Positions 1 through 8,227 of a DNA stretch of 47,580 bases are shown here, in pieces. This DNA is from a virus (lineage: Duplodnaviria > Caudoviricetes): IMG/VR virus record IMGVR_UViG_3300044252_000079, positions 1-47,580 of that record; one strand, written 5' to 3'. Position 1 is the stretch's first letter, and each line of letters begins with the position of its first letter. The notes under the pieces are model-generated. The model ran no database searches and had not been told where the DNA came from. It saw nothing but the letters and a program-made list of their open reading frames with translations. The position numbers were made by a program, and so were the translations under genes.

Positions 1-1959
1 TCAAGCCTGCCGTAGTGCCGGAATGGAGGGTCGAGCCGGGATCGGCCCCTCGCGGTAGTCGTCGAGCGAGACGACGATCGCCTCGGACTCGGGCACGGGG
101 GTGGCCGGGCGGTGGCCCCGCAGCCGCTCGTGGCTGCAGACGACGTAGCACCACTCCATCAGCTGCAGCCGGGCCTCGGGGTCGATTTCGAGGATCGTCG
201 CCCCGATCAGGAAGCGGCCCTCGGACTCCCGGCAGGTCCTCACTTCGACCCTGGCCGCGACCTCGTGCTCTTCCCCCGCGGCGTCGGTCAGCTTCAGCAG
301 GACGGCCGGCCGGCTCCGCACCTCGACGGCCGCGGTGGCGACCATCCCGAGCCCGGCGGCGGAGGCGTCGACCAGACGGGCGGTGGTGTAGGTTTCGGCG
401 CTGTAGAGGCTCGCCGGTGCGTCGCCCTCGAAGCGGTAGACGAGCCGCCGCTGCCGACGACGGCCGACCGCGGCGGTGGTCGCCAGCAGCCGCCGCAGCT
501 CGAAGAGGCCGAGGCAGGGGACGACGATGGCGGCGATGCCCGGCAGGTCGGGAAGCGGGCCGACGCCGACAAGGTCGAGCAGGCGCATCAGCGTTCCGAC
601 GCCGAGCAGCACGGTGCAGAAGAGGACCAGGTGCAGCTTGCGGACGGCGTCCAGCCCACCGCCGTCGCGGCCCTGCTTCGGCGTCACCTTGAAGGCGGTC
701 TTGCCGGGGATCACGGCGCAGCGCAGGGCCCGGGTGTAGATCTCCATCGTCAGCAGCTCGTAGTGCGCCGACTCCGGCACCCGCATGTAGCCGCGCGCCA
801 GCGCCGCGCCGGCACTGAGGTTGAGCAGCAGGTAGGGGACCCACAGCGCCGCCAGCGCGGCGACGCTGATCTTCATCGGCAGCTCGCCGGTCCACAGCAC
901 CAGCCCGAGGGTGAGGAGGAGCAGCAGGCGCATCGGTGGCGCCAGATAAGCGAGCAGGCTGGCGAGGAAGGAGAGCCGCTGGATCGGGTTCAGCGTTTTC
1001 GCCCGCAGCGGCGACTCCGGCAGCCTGAAGACGGCGAGGTTGCCGCGCGCCCAGCGGTCGCGCTGCAGCAGGTAGCCGTCGAGGTCATGCGGCGCCAGGC
1101 CCTGGACCAGGACCTCGTCGTGGTAGCGGCTGCGCCAGCCGTAGCGCTGCAGCCGGATCGTGGTGTGGAAGTCCTCGGCGATCGTCTCGGTCGCGACGCC
1201 GCCGATTTCGAGCAGGGCGGGGCGGCTGATCAGGGCCGCCGAGCCGCACCAGTAAGCGGCGCCGTGGCGGTCCTTGCCGGGGCAGATCACCCGGTAGAAG
1301 AGCGACTGCTCGTGGCGGCTGACGTTGTAGTGCTGGACCGAGTCGTGGTTGAAGAAGTCGTGCGGCGTCTGCACGATCGCCATCCGCTCGTCGTCGAAGT
1401 AGCCGACCAGGGCGTCGAGGGCGTCGGGCATCGGCACGTGGTCGGCATCGAGGACGAAGACGAGGTCGCCGTCGGTGCGCGGCAGCGCCGCGTTGAGGTT
1501 GCCCGCCTTGGCGTGGGAGTTGTCGGCACGGGTCAGGTACTCGGCGCCGGCCAGCTCGGCCAGCTCGCGCATCTCCTCCCGGCGGCCGTCGTCGAGCAGG
1601 TAGGTGGTGTGCGGGTAGGTGAGCGCGCGGCAGCCCGCGAGGGTCGCCATCACCACCTCGGCCGGCTCGTCGTAGGTGCAGACGTAGACGTCGACCTTGC
1701 GGCCCGGCGTCGCCGCCGGCCGCTGCGCTGCGGGCCGGGACCAGGAGAACCAGGCGAGGATCGCCAGCGCGTAGAGGCCATATATCTCGGTGGCCAGCAG
1801 CATCGCGAAGGCGACCGGGTTGGCTCCTTCGCCGCTCCAGCCGACGCGCCAGGTGAGGTATCCCGCCCCCCAGGCGAGCGCGATCAGCGCCAGCGCCCGC
1901 AGGACCAGCGGGTGGCGATCGAAGAAACGCCCAATCCGAGTCTGCTCGCCGGCGGCCAC
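1..1959 (-). CDS. Host cellulose synthase (BcsA)-like GT2 glycosyltransferase with C-terminal PilZ domain
   Basis: Processive GT2 motifs HAKAGN, DADH, QTPH, TIAED, QRDRW; several TM helices; PilZ-like RxxxR and DxSxxG (DASAAG) motifs near the C-terminus. Confidence 0.85.
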   Translation of the reverse strand: MAAGEQTRIGRFFDRHPLVLRALALIALAWGAGYLTWRVGWSGEGANPVAFAMLLATEIYGLYALAILAWFSWSRPAAQRPAATPGRKVDVYVCTYDEPAEVVMATLAGCRALTYPHTTYLLDDGRREEMRELAELAGAEYLTRADNSHAKAGNLNAALPRTDGDLVFVLDADHVPMPDALDALVGYFDDERMAIVQTPHDFFNHDSVQHYNVSRHEQSLFYRVICPGKDRHGAAYWCGSAALISRPALLEIGGVATETIAEDFHTTIRLQRYGWRSRYHDEVLVQGLAPHDLDGYLLQRDRWARGNLAVFRLPESPLRAKTLNPIQRLSFLASLLAYLAPPMRLLLLLTLGLVLWTGELPMKISVAALAALWVPYLLLNLSAGAALARGYMRVPESAHYELLTMEIYTRALRCAVIPGKTAFKVTPKQGRDGGGLDAVRKLHLVLFCTVLLGVGTLMRLLDLVGVGPLPDLPGIAAIVVPCLGLFELRRLLATTAAVGRRRQRRLVYRFEGDAPASLYSAETYTTARLVDASAAGLGMVATAAVEVRSRPAVLLKLTDAAGEEHEVAARVEVRTCRESEGRFLIGATILEIDPEARLQLMEWCYVVCSHERLRGHRPATPVPESEAIVVSLDDYREGPIPARPSIPALRQA

Positions 1960-1965
1960 GGGGTT

Positions 1966-1993
1966 TCTTCGACAGCGCCTCCGTCGCCCTTGA
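1966..1993 (-). promoter_or_regulatory. Possible sigma28/WhiG-type leaderless promoter of the host GT2 gene
   Basis: Minus strand reads TCAA-N16-GTCGAAGA-N6-GTG, resembling TAAA-N15/16-GCCGATAA. Confidence 0.3.
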
Positions 1994-2010
1994 ATCGGGC
2001 AAGGCGATCA

Positions 2011-2072
2011 GCGGAGGGGGTGGGATTCGAACCCACGAGCGCCTTGCGACGCCAACAGTTTTCGAGACTGCC
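2011..2072 (-). tRNA. 3' remnant of tRNA-Ser(CGA); prophage att core
   Basis: Minus strand: anticodon arm GCAGT-CTCGAAA-ACTGT, long variable arm, T-arm GTGGGTTCGAATCCCAC, acceptor 3' strand CCCCTCCG. The 5' acceptor strand and D-arm are absent, replaced by phage sequence. Confidence 0.85.
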
Positions 2073-2093
2073 CCGGTGGGCGACGTCGATGGC

Positions 2094-2150
2094 ATCGCAG
2101 CGCGGAATGCAGCGCATGTGTGGCGCGTGCGCTGCATTCCGCGCTGCGAT
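2094..2150. repeat. Perfect 23-bp inverted repeat next to att
   Basis: ATCGCAGCGCGGAATGCAGCGCA (2094-2116) and its exact reverse complement (2128-2150), 11-nt spacer. Confidence 0.95.
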
Positions 2151-2171
2151 TGCCAGCCTTCTGGAGCGGTC

Positions 2172-2712
2172 GTGAGCGGCCCAAACTGTCAGCCCCCCTC
2201 ACCACAGGCCGAGGTACAGGACTGCGAGCGGTGCAAGGGCGCGGGTGACGGTCGCCTAGGCATGTTCGGCGAATTCATCCCCTGGGACGACCGGCATCCG
2301 AAAGGCAGCACCCAGGCGCACCCCTGCCCCGACTGCACCGGCAAGCAGTCCCCGTCCGAGCCACAGGGTGACTTGCTGGCGGTGCGCATGTACGCAGCAG
2401 CGGGAGGGCTGCTGTGGGACTCAGCGAACCCCGGTACGAAGCGCTTCTGGCGACGAGCTGCCGGTGAAAGCCCTCGCCGACCTCACCCCGCTTGTCCATC
2501 TAGAGGTAAAGGAGCGTCTGGAGAAGCTGGTTGCGGATGGGCTTGCGCCGGCGATTGCGGTGCGGGCTTTCGACCTCACCCTCGCCCCTGTCTCCTCGGA
2601 GGACGCCTGCGACTGCCACGCCGCCCAGCACCCGGCTTGGACCGGTTGCCCCGTTCACGGTCGCAAGGGTCCCCCCGCCCCTGTCTCCTCGGAACCGGAG
2701 GAGGGCAAGTGA
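2172..2712 (+). pseudogene. Modular Cys-rich hypothetical protein, apparently frameshifted near 2463
   Basis: Coding-like sequence with CxxC motifs (CERC, CPDC) to ...FWRRAA in one frame, continuing as VKALADL...SSEPEEGK in the +1 frame. Confidence 0.4.
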
Positions 2713-3795
2713 GCACCGCGACCGCCGCGCAAGTGCGCCTGGAAATCGTCCCCGTCAAGCAGGCCGAAGCCAAGGCATTCGTCAAGCGCGTCCATCGCCA
2801 CCACCCGGCCCCGACCGGCTCGGTGTTTCAGGTGGCGGTCGCGGATGAGGCCGGCGAGATCCGTGGCGTCGCGATGGCCGGACGCCCCGTTGCCCGCAGC
2901 TGGGACGACGGCTGGACGCTGGAGGTGAACCGGGTTGCGACGGACGGTTGCGACAACGCCTGCTCCGCCCTCTACGCCGCCTGCTGGCGAGCCGCACGGG
3001 CTCTCGGCTGGCGGCGGCTCATCACCTACACGCTGGCCTCGGAGTCAGGCTCCAGCCTTCGCGCCGCCGGCTGGAACGTCATCGGAGAGCGGCCCGGCCG
3101 TTCCTGGGCCGACAGCTCCAAGTCTCGCCCGCGAGTTGATAGCTACGCCGAGCATGGTCAGGACAAGCTCGTGTGGGCCGCCCCCTCGGAACCGGAGGAG
3201 GGCGGCAAGTGACCGAGAAGACGTTTCAGCGGGAGCTTGCGACCCAGGCGATGATCACGCCGGAGTGCCGCGAGAATCGGACGGCCGAGGGCGCGTGGGA
3301 CGAGGCGGTTCGCCGACTGAAAGCTGAGTACGACGAGATCGTCAAAGGCTGGGAGGGCGAGACCGAGCGGCCGATCCTCAACCTCACGCTGTACTGCGAC
3401 CGCCCGGTCGAGAATCACGTCCCCGCCGTTCCGCCGCTCTTTGCTGGAGATGCTCCTCGGAACCGGAGGAGGGCCAGGATGACTGACACGCTCGCAGCAA
3501 TCTTCGACGGTCTCGAGGCGAGTCGCCGCGAGGTTCAGAAACTCGAAGGCGAAAGGGGCACCATCGGCGGTCCCTCTCGGCACCTCGCTCAGCAGATAGT
3601 GCGACTACGAGACTGGGCGGCCGAACAGCCGGAGGAGTTGCTCTCGACTGACGAGATCATCGCCCCCTCGGAACCGGAGGAGTGCCCGACCTGCGGCGGG
3701 ACGGGGCCGGACTCCGTGGACGTGGACTTCGACTCGGGCATCCCAGAGGCAGCCTGCGGCGACGAATGGCACGACCGCTTCACCCCCTCGGAACC
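2687..3795 (+). repeat. Dispersed direct repeat CCTCGGAACCGGAGGAGGGC at gene/module junctions
   Basis: Exact 20-mer at 2687, 3184 and 3455; 17-mer at 3666; 10-mer core at 3786; partial copy near 2584-2600. Confidence 0.9.
2709..3212 (+). CDS. XF1762/Mom-like GNAT-fold protein (putative DNA modification)
   Basis: HRHH, GRPVAR, LEVNRV, NACSALY, ITYT, G.SLRAAGW motifs; GTG start overlaps the upstream TGA, RBS lies within the repeat. Confidence 0.65.
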   Translation: MSTATAAQVRLEIVPVKQAEAKAFVKRVHRHHPAPTGSVFQVAVADEAGEIRGVAMAGRPVARSWDDGWTLEVNRVATDGCDNACSALYAACWRAARALGWRRLITYTLASESGSSLRAAGWNVIGERPGRSWADSSKSRPRVDSYAEHGQDKLVWAAPSEPEEGGK

Positions 3796-3814
3796 TCGGG
3801 AGGAGAAGACGTGA
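3209..3814 (+). CDS. Hypothetical phage protein, probably two fused cassettes (second start ATG 3479)
   Basis: GTGA overlap start; repeat with RBS just before in-frame ATG 3479; CPTCGG zinc-ribbon motif. Confidence 0.55.
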   Translation: MTEKTFQRELATQAMITPECRENRTAEGAWDEAVRRLKAEYDEIVKGWEGETERPILNLTLYCDRPVENHVPAVPPLFAGDAPRNRRRARMTDTLAAIFDGLEASRREVQKLEGERGTIGGPSRHLAQQIVRLRDWAAEQPEELLSTDEIIAPSEPEECPTCGGTGPDSVDVDFDSGIPEAACGDEWHDRFTPSEPREEKT

Positions 3815-3981
3815 GGCGCTGGACGATCTACTGCTGCCCCAAATGCGGCGACGATATTGCGCTGACTCATCCAGGCGAGGAGGCGGCCGTGACCTGGCTC
3901 CTCCGCGAACCGGCGCTCATCCCCGACGCGATCGCATTGGCGATCTTCATCGCCTTCCTGATCCGGACGAGGCGGCGATGA
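3811..3981 (+). CDS. Small hypothetical protein (CPKC, hydrophobic C-terminus)
   Basis: GTGA overlap with RBS GGAGGAG. Confidence 0.45.
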   Translation: MRRWTIYCCPKCGDDIALTHPGEEAAVTWLLREPALIPDAIALAIFIAFLIRTRRR

Positions 3982-4391
3982 CCGACGAAGCCAAGGTGGT
4001 CCCGCTATTCGGTGAGGGTGACCGCGATGCGCCGATCACCGCCAAGCCGCGCGACCCCTCAAGGCCGCGGCCGCGGAAGTGCTCGTGCAAACGCACCGAG
4101 ATTGACACCGATCATCGCCGCCTCGTCTGTCGCGACTGCGGCCAGCTGGTCGATGCCTTCGACTTCCTGGTGAAGCTTGGGCGAGAGGACAACCGCTGGC
4201 GCGAAGCTCGGGACGCAGCGAAGCGGGAGGCGCGGCTCGCCGAGCAGCGCCGCGACGACCGGCTCCGTGAAGAGACCAATGCCCGTGCCCGCGTTGGCCG
4301 GCTCAAAGCCCAAGAGCGAGAACTGCAGAAGCGCGTCGACCGCCTCGACGCCGAGCTTCGCGCCTTCACCCCCGAGCCAAAGGAGGCCTGA
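3978..4391 (+). CDS. Hypothetical zinc-finger/coiled-coil protein
   Basis: ATGA overlap; CSC and CRDC motifs; coiled-coil-like C-terminus. Confidence 0.6.
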   Translation: MTDEAKVVPLFGEGDRDAPITAKPRDPSRPRPRKCSCKRTEIDTDHRRLVCRDCGQLVDAFDFLVKLGREDNRWREARDAAKREARLAEQRRDDRLREETNARARVGRLKAQERELQKRVDRLDAELRAFTPEPKEA

Positions 4392-4516
4392 TGCCCCGCC
4401 GCAACCGCAACGCGAAGAAGTTCAACCACCAGGGCCAGATTCGGCAGAAGGGGCGCCGCCAGAACGCGGCACCGCTGACGCCGCTGAGCCTGCACCCGAA
4501 GAAGAGGAGGGTCTGA
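4391..4516 (+). CDS. Small basic protein (41 aa, MPRRNRNAKK...)
   Basis: RBS AAGGAGG, TGATG coupling, fills the gap before the MTase. Confidence 0.45.
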   Translation: MPRRNRNAKKFNHQGQIRQKGRRQNAAPLTPLSLHPKKRRV

Positions 4517-6349
4517 GTGGCGACGATCACCGACCTCTTCTGCGGCGCGGGCGGTTCCAGCATCGGCGCCGAGGTCGCCGGAGGCGAGCTTCGTCTCGCG
4601 CTCAACCACTGGGAGCGCGCGATCGAGACGCACGCGACCAACTTCCAGCATGCCGACCACGACTGCAACGACGTCGCCGCTCTGACCACGGCGCAGATCC
4701 GCCGCTACCCGCATACCGACATCCTGCTCGCCTCGCCCGAGTGCACCAACCACTCGCTTGCCAAGGGCGCCCGGCGCCGCAAGCCACAAGCGGCGTCGTT
4801 GTGGGAGGACGGGCCAGCCGGTGATAAGGAGCAGGACCGCTCCCGCGCCACGATGTTCGATGTCTGGCGCTTCGCCGAGCAGAAGCAGATCGCCGGCCAC
4901 CCCTACAAGGCGATCGTCGTCGAGAACGTGGTCGACGCCTGGAAGTGGGGTCCGAACGACGACGGCTCCCTCTTCGCCGCCTGGCTCGGCTTCGGCCACG
5001 CGCTCGGCTACCACCACGAGATCGTCTTTCTCAACTCCATGTTCGCCGGGGCGGTGCCGCAGTCCCGCGACCGGATGTACGTGGTGTGGTGGCTGAAAGG
5101 GATGCGCCGGCCGAACCTCAAGGTCGAGCCGGTCTCGTGGTGCCCGAAGTGCGAGGGGTTGATCGACGGCCGCCAGACCTGGAAGAAGCCAGAGCGCCCC
5201 TGGGGCCGCTATGGCGCGCAGTACTTCTTCGCTTGCCCGAAGTGCAACGGGTCGGTGCTGCCCGGCGTCCACCCGGCGGCGACGGCGATCGACTGGAGCC
5301 TGCCGGCCGAGCGCATCGGCGATCGCGCCCGACCCTTGGCCGCCAACACCCGCAAACGGATCCGCCGTGGCTTAGAGAAGCTCGCCGGCGACGACTTCGC
5401 GATCCGCCTCACCCACGGCGGCGCCCCGAAGCCGCTGACGCTGCCGATCGTCACTCTCACCCAGCGGCACGACATGGCGATGGTGATGCCCGTCGCCGGC
5501 AACACCTTCGAACGGACGCCGGGCAACCGCGCCCGCGACGCCGCGAGCCAGCCGTGCGACACCATCCACGGGACGCTCGATCGAGCGATGGTTGTGCCGC
5601 CGATGGGGTCGGTGGCGCCGAGGGATGCACACGCTGCTCCGGCGCCGACGCAGCCGACCACGACCCGGCCAGCGCTGGTGACCACGGCAGGGGGTAGCTG
5701 GTCCGACGACGGCGCCGACGCCGCACTCGACCCGCTGGCGACGCAGACGGCGCGGGAGTCCAAGGCACTGGTGATGCGCGACAACCAGCGGAACTCCAAC
5801 GGCAATGCGACGAAGGACGCCGAGCATGAGCCGTCGCCGCCGATCCTCACCGGGGAGACGGTCGGCGTGGTGATGCGGAACAACAATTCCCGCGACGTCG
5901 GGCAGATGTCGACTCCAGTCCATGAGCCGATTCGTGCTCTGACGACCGCCTGTCACCAGTCGCTGCTGATCCCCTACAACCGGACCGGCGAGGCCAGCGC
6001 GGCCTCCAGTGATCCGGCGCCGACGCTGACCACGCGCGACCGAGCCGCCCTGCTGGTCCCCTACACCCGCGACGCCGCCGTCCGGGATGTCGACCGCGAG
6101 CAGATACCGACGTTGACCTCGAACGGGCCGCCGGCTGTGGTCCTGACCGAGGACGACATCGACGCCTGCCGCTTCCGCATGTTCCAGCTCCACGAGATCG
6201 CCGCGGCGATGGCGATGCGCGACCACGTCGACGGTTCCGAGTACCAGGTCCTCGGCAACAAGCGTGAGCGGATGGCGCAGTACGGCAACGCGGTCACGCC
6301 GCCGGCGATGGAGCTGCTGGTCGGCCGGCTGCTGGAGGTGATCGCGTGA
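4517..6349 (+). CDS. DNA cytosine-5 methyltransferase (orphan, phage type)
   Basis: Motif I DLFCGAGG, catalytic SPEC, VVENV, QSRDR, C-terminal GNAV; long variable region with repeated P..T.TT...ALV units. Confidence 0.9.
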   Translation: MATITDLFCGAGGSSIGAEVAGGELRLALNHWERAIETHATNFQHADHDCNDVAALTTAQIRRYPHTDILLASPECTNHSLAKGARRRKPQAASLWEDGPAGDKEQDRSRATMFDVWRFAEQKQIAGHPYKAIVVENVVDAWKWGPNDDGSLFAAWLGFGHALGYHHEIVFLNSMFAGAVPQSRDRMYVVWWLKGMRRPNLKVEPVSWCPKCEGLIDGRQTWKKPERPWGRYGAQYFFACPKCNGSVLPGVHPAATAIDWSLPAERIGDRARPLAANTRKRIRRGLEKLAGDDFAIRLTHGGAPKPLTLPIVTLTQRHDMAMVMPVAGNTFERTPGNRARDAASQPCDTIHGTLDRAMVVPPMGSVAPRDAHAAPAPTQPTTTRPALVTTAGGSWSDDGADAALDPLATQTARESKALVMRDNQRNSNGNATKDAEHEPSPPILTGETVGVVMRNNNSRDVGQMSTPVHEPIRALTTACHQSLLIPYNRTGEASAASSDPAPTLTTRDRAALLVPYTRDAAVRDVDREQIPTLTSNGPPAVVLTEDDIDACRFRMFQLHEIAAAMAMRDHVDGSEYQVLGNKRERMAQYGNAVTPPAMELLVGRLLEVIA

Positions 6350-6616
6350 ACCCTCGTCACCTATACCCAGCCCGTCGAACTCGAGGAGGCAGCCTGAGAT
6401 GACCTCACCTATCCCAGATAGAGAGCAGCAGGTAGGACTCGCGACACAAACGGTTTTCCTCTACCGCTGCGAGCTAGACCGTGGTGGCTGCGGCCACACC
6501 TGGAAGGCGCCGGATGCAGGAGACGTGTTCCTTGAGTGCCCGAGCTGTAAGAAGGGGGCGGGGAGTATTGCCTGAGAGCAAGCAGGTAGCTGGTCGGCCG
6601 GCTGCTGGAGGTGATC
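6316..6616 (+). repeat. 28-bp direct repeat duplicating the MTase 3' end
   Basis: GCTGGTCGGCCGGCTGCTGGAGGTGATC at 6316-6343 and 6589-6616; 15/17 partial copy at 7337-7353. Confidence 0.9.
6399..6575 (+). CDS. Small zinc-ribbon protein (58 aa; YRC...CGHTW...CPSC)
   Basis: Translated by hand; RBS GAGGAGG upstream; lies between the two 28-bp repeats. Confidence 0.55.
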   Translation: MTSPIPDREQQVGLATQTVFLYRCELDRGGCGHTWKAPDAGDVFLECPSCKKGAGSIA

Positions 6617-6738
6617 CACCCCCAATACATAGGCCGGACACTTCACCCGCCACGGTCGTTGCAGCCCCCATAGACGCCTCATTCGGTGCGAAATGTGGCG
6701 TCTATGCGGACGCTGGCGAGGCGCAGCGCGGTTGCGCT

Positions 6739-6751
6739 GATAGTCCGGTCT
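6739..6751 (+). promoter_or_regulatory. Late-promoter motif CNGATAGTC before the recombinase ATG
   Basis: GATAGT-N7-ATG. Confidence 0.65.
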
Positions 6752-7327
6752 ATGGCGGTCCGCAAGCTCCCGAAGACGCTCTCGGCCGGCGAGCTCGAGG
6801 CCCTCTTCGCTCGACCGAATCGGGCGGCGCCGACCGGCCTGCGGAACCTCTGCATGTTGACGCTGATGTACCGCTGCGGGCTCCGGGTGAGCGAGTGCTG
6901 CAAGGTCCACCTCCGCGATGTCCGGCTCGAGGAGGGCCAGATTCATCTGCGCTCCGAGGTCGCCAAGGGCGGTCGCGAGGCCTTCGTCTACCTCGACGAC
7001 CAGGCGACGGAGCTGCTCCGCCAGTGGATCGTCGTGCGCCGGCGCTATGCCGCCCGCAAACCCCGGCTCTTCACCACGCTCAAAGGGGGCGAGGTCTCCC
7101 GGAAGTACGTCTGGGAAATGACTGCCCGCTACGCCCGGCGCGCCGGCGTCGAGCGGCCGGTCCATCCGCACATGCTCCGGCACACCTATGCGACCGAGCT
7201 TCTCCGCGACGGCTTCAACTTGCGCGAGGTGCAGCAGCTGCTCCGCCACGCCGACATCCGCACGACCGTGGTCTACACGCACATCTTCGAGGCCGACCTA
7301 GCGCGCAAGATCCAGCAGCGGCGGTGA
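6752..7327 (+). CDS. Small tyrosine recombinase (catalytic domain only; XerC/D- or FimB-like)
   Basis: GLRVSE, K, HPHMLRHTYAT, LLRH, TVVYTH catalytic residues; no N-terminal core/arm-binding domain; 191 aa from ATG 6752. Confidence 0.9.
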   Translation: MAVRKLPKTLSAGELEALFARPNRAAPTGLRNLCMLTLMYRCGLRVSECCKVHLRDVRLEEGQIHLRSEVAKGGREAFVYLDDQATELLRQWIVVRRRYAARKPRLFTTLKGGEVSRKYVWEMTARYARRAGVERPVHPHMLRHTYATELLRDGFNLREVQQLLRHADIRTTVVYTHIFEADLARKIQQRR

Positions 7328-7544
7328 GGTGATGGCGCTGCTGGAAGTCATCGATGGTCGGCGTGCTGGCGCTCGTCGCGATCTTCAACGTCGGGTTCCA
7401 CCGCCGCGCCAACCGCCGCTGAACCCCTAGTAGTCGGTACGCCCTTTCAGAAGTCGCGTCCGATAATCGACTCCGATGCCCTGCAACCCCTTCCCCGGCC
7501 AGCTTCGCCTCATCGGCCGCGAACGCGCGTAGGGCTACGATCGA

Positions 7545-7982
7545 TTGCTCCCGACGACGGTCCAGCTCCACGACATCGACGACGTCGAAGGCTTCGTGTG
7601 CGCAACGATCGAACGCTCGGGCATCCAGGCACCCGAGCATGAGAAGGAAGAGCTAGTCGCGGATGGGATCTGCATCCTCTATGGCCTCGCCGCCAAGTTC
7701 GAACCGCACCGAGAAGGCTACGAGCAGGCCGGGCGGTTCAGCGGCTTTGCCGCGCAGTTCCTCCCCCGCCGGCTCGGCGACGCCTGGCATTCCCGCCACC
7801 CCGAGCACGTCCGGGTCGTCAACTCCGAGACCGGCAAACGGGAATGGAAGTACCGCGAGACGCCAATCTCGCTCGACGCGTTCCTTCAGCCGCCAGGGCA
7901 CGGCGGCAGCCCCGGGCGCGAAGGCGGCGAGCAACACCTCCGCCCCGCCTCCCACCAAGCCCCGGTCCCCCTTCCTGCGTGA
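7545..7982 (+). CDS. Truncated sigma70-family factor (region 2 plus PISLD), sigma28/SigB-like, lacking region 4
   Basis: EELVADGICILYGLAAKFEP...FSGFAAQFLPRRLGDAW matches the region 2 pattern (EDL.Q.G..GL..A..RFDP....FSTYA...IRG.I.D); ETPISLD matches region 3.2 P.SLD. Confidence 0.65.
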   Translation: MLPTTVQLHDIDDVEGFVCATIERSGIQAPEHEKEELVADGICILYGLAAKFEPHREGYEQAGRFSGFAAQFLPRRLGDAWHSRHPEHVRVVNSETGKREWKYRETPISLDAFLQPPGHGGSPGREGGEQHLRPASHQAPVPLPA

Positions 7983-8031
7983 GCTGAGTCGGGCGCTCGC
8001 CGCCGACGCGAGATCCGAGGTGGAGTTCGCA

Positions 8032-8160
8032 ATGCGCGTCGGCACGCTCGCGGCGCTGGGGCATTCGCGGGGGGAAATTGCGCACGCCCTGGATGCATCG
8101 CCAGCGGAAGTGCGGGCGGCATTTGAGCGTCTCAAGCGGGTCGGGCACACGCTCGGCTAG
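8032..8160 (+). CDS. Small sigma region 4-like HTH peptide
   Basis: GHSRGEIAHALDASPAEVRAAFERLKR; RBS GAGGTGGAG at 8017-8025; frame is open upstream, overlapping the sigma stop. Confidence 0.5.
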   Translation: MRVGTLAALGHSRGEIAHALDASPAEVRAAFERLKRVGHTLG

Positions 8161-8227
8161 CCGAGCGCCGCGCGACCCGCTTCTGGCTGCGCCCCGCGGC
8201 CTGCATCGCGGTTCTGAAACGCCGCCG

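Noticed and set aside
2011-2100. Intact tRNA-Ser gene
   Set aside because: The 5' acceptor strand and D-arm are missing; only the 3' two-thirds is present
112-2175. Long plus-strand 687-aa ORF and similar antisense ORFs across the window
   Set aside because: Shadow frames of high-GC genes with no recognisable motifs
2076-3212. Single 378-aa ORF as listed in the track
   Set aside because: It crosses the att-proximal repeat and has a non-protein-like middle; better explained as a frameshifted gene plus a separate gene starting at 2709
3595-3600. GATAGT inside an accessory gene as a late promoter
   Set aside because: Followed by G rather than C, with no start codon at the expected distance
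2687-3795. 20-bp repeats as a CRISPR array
   Set aside because: Spacing is irregular (about 120-500 bp), the intervening DNA is protein-coding, and there is no cas operon
6752-7327. Recombinase as the prophage integrase
   Set aside because: It lacks arm/core-binding domains, is distant from att and has a late-type promoter; not excluded, but unsupported
8211-8220. TTCTGAA as the -35 element of the late promoters
   Set aside because: Distance to GATAGT varies and some copies lie downstream of it
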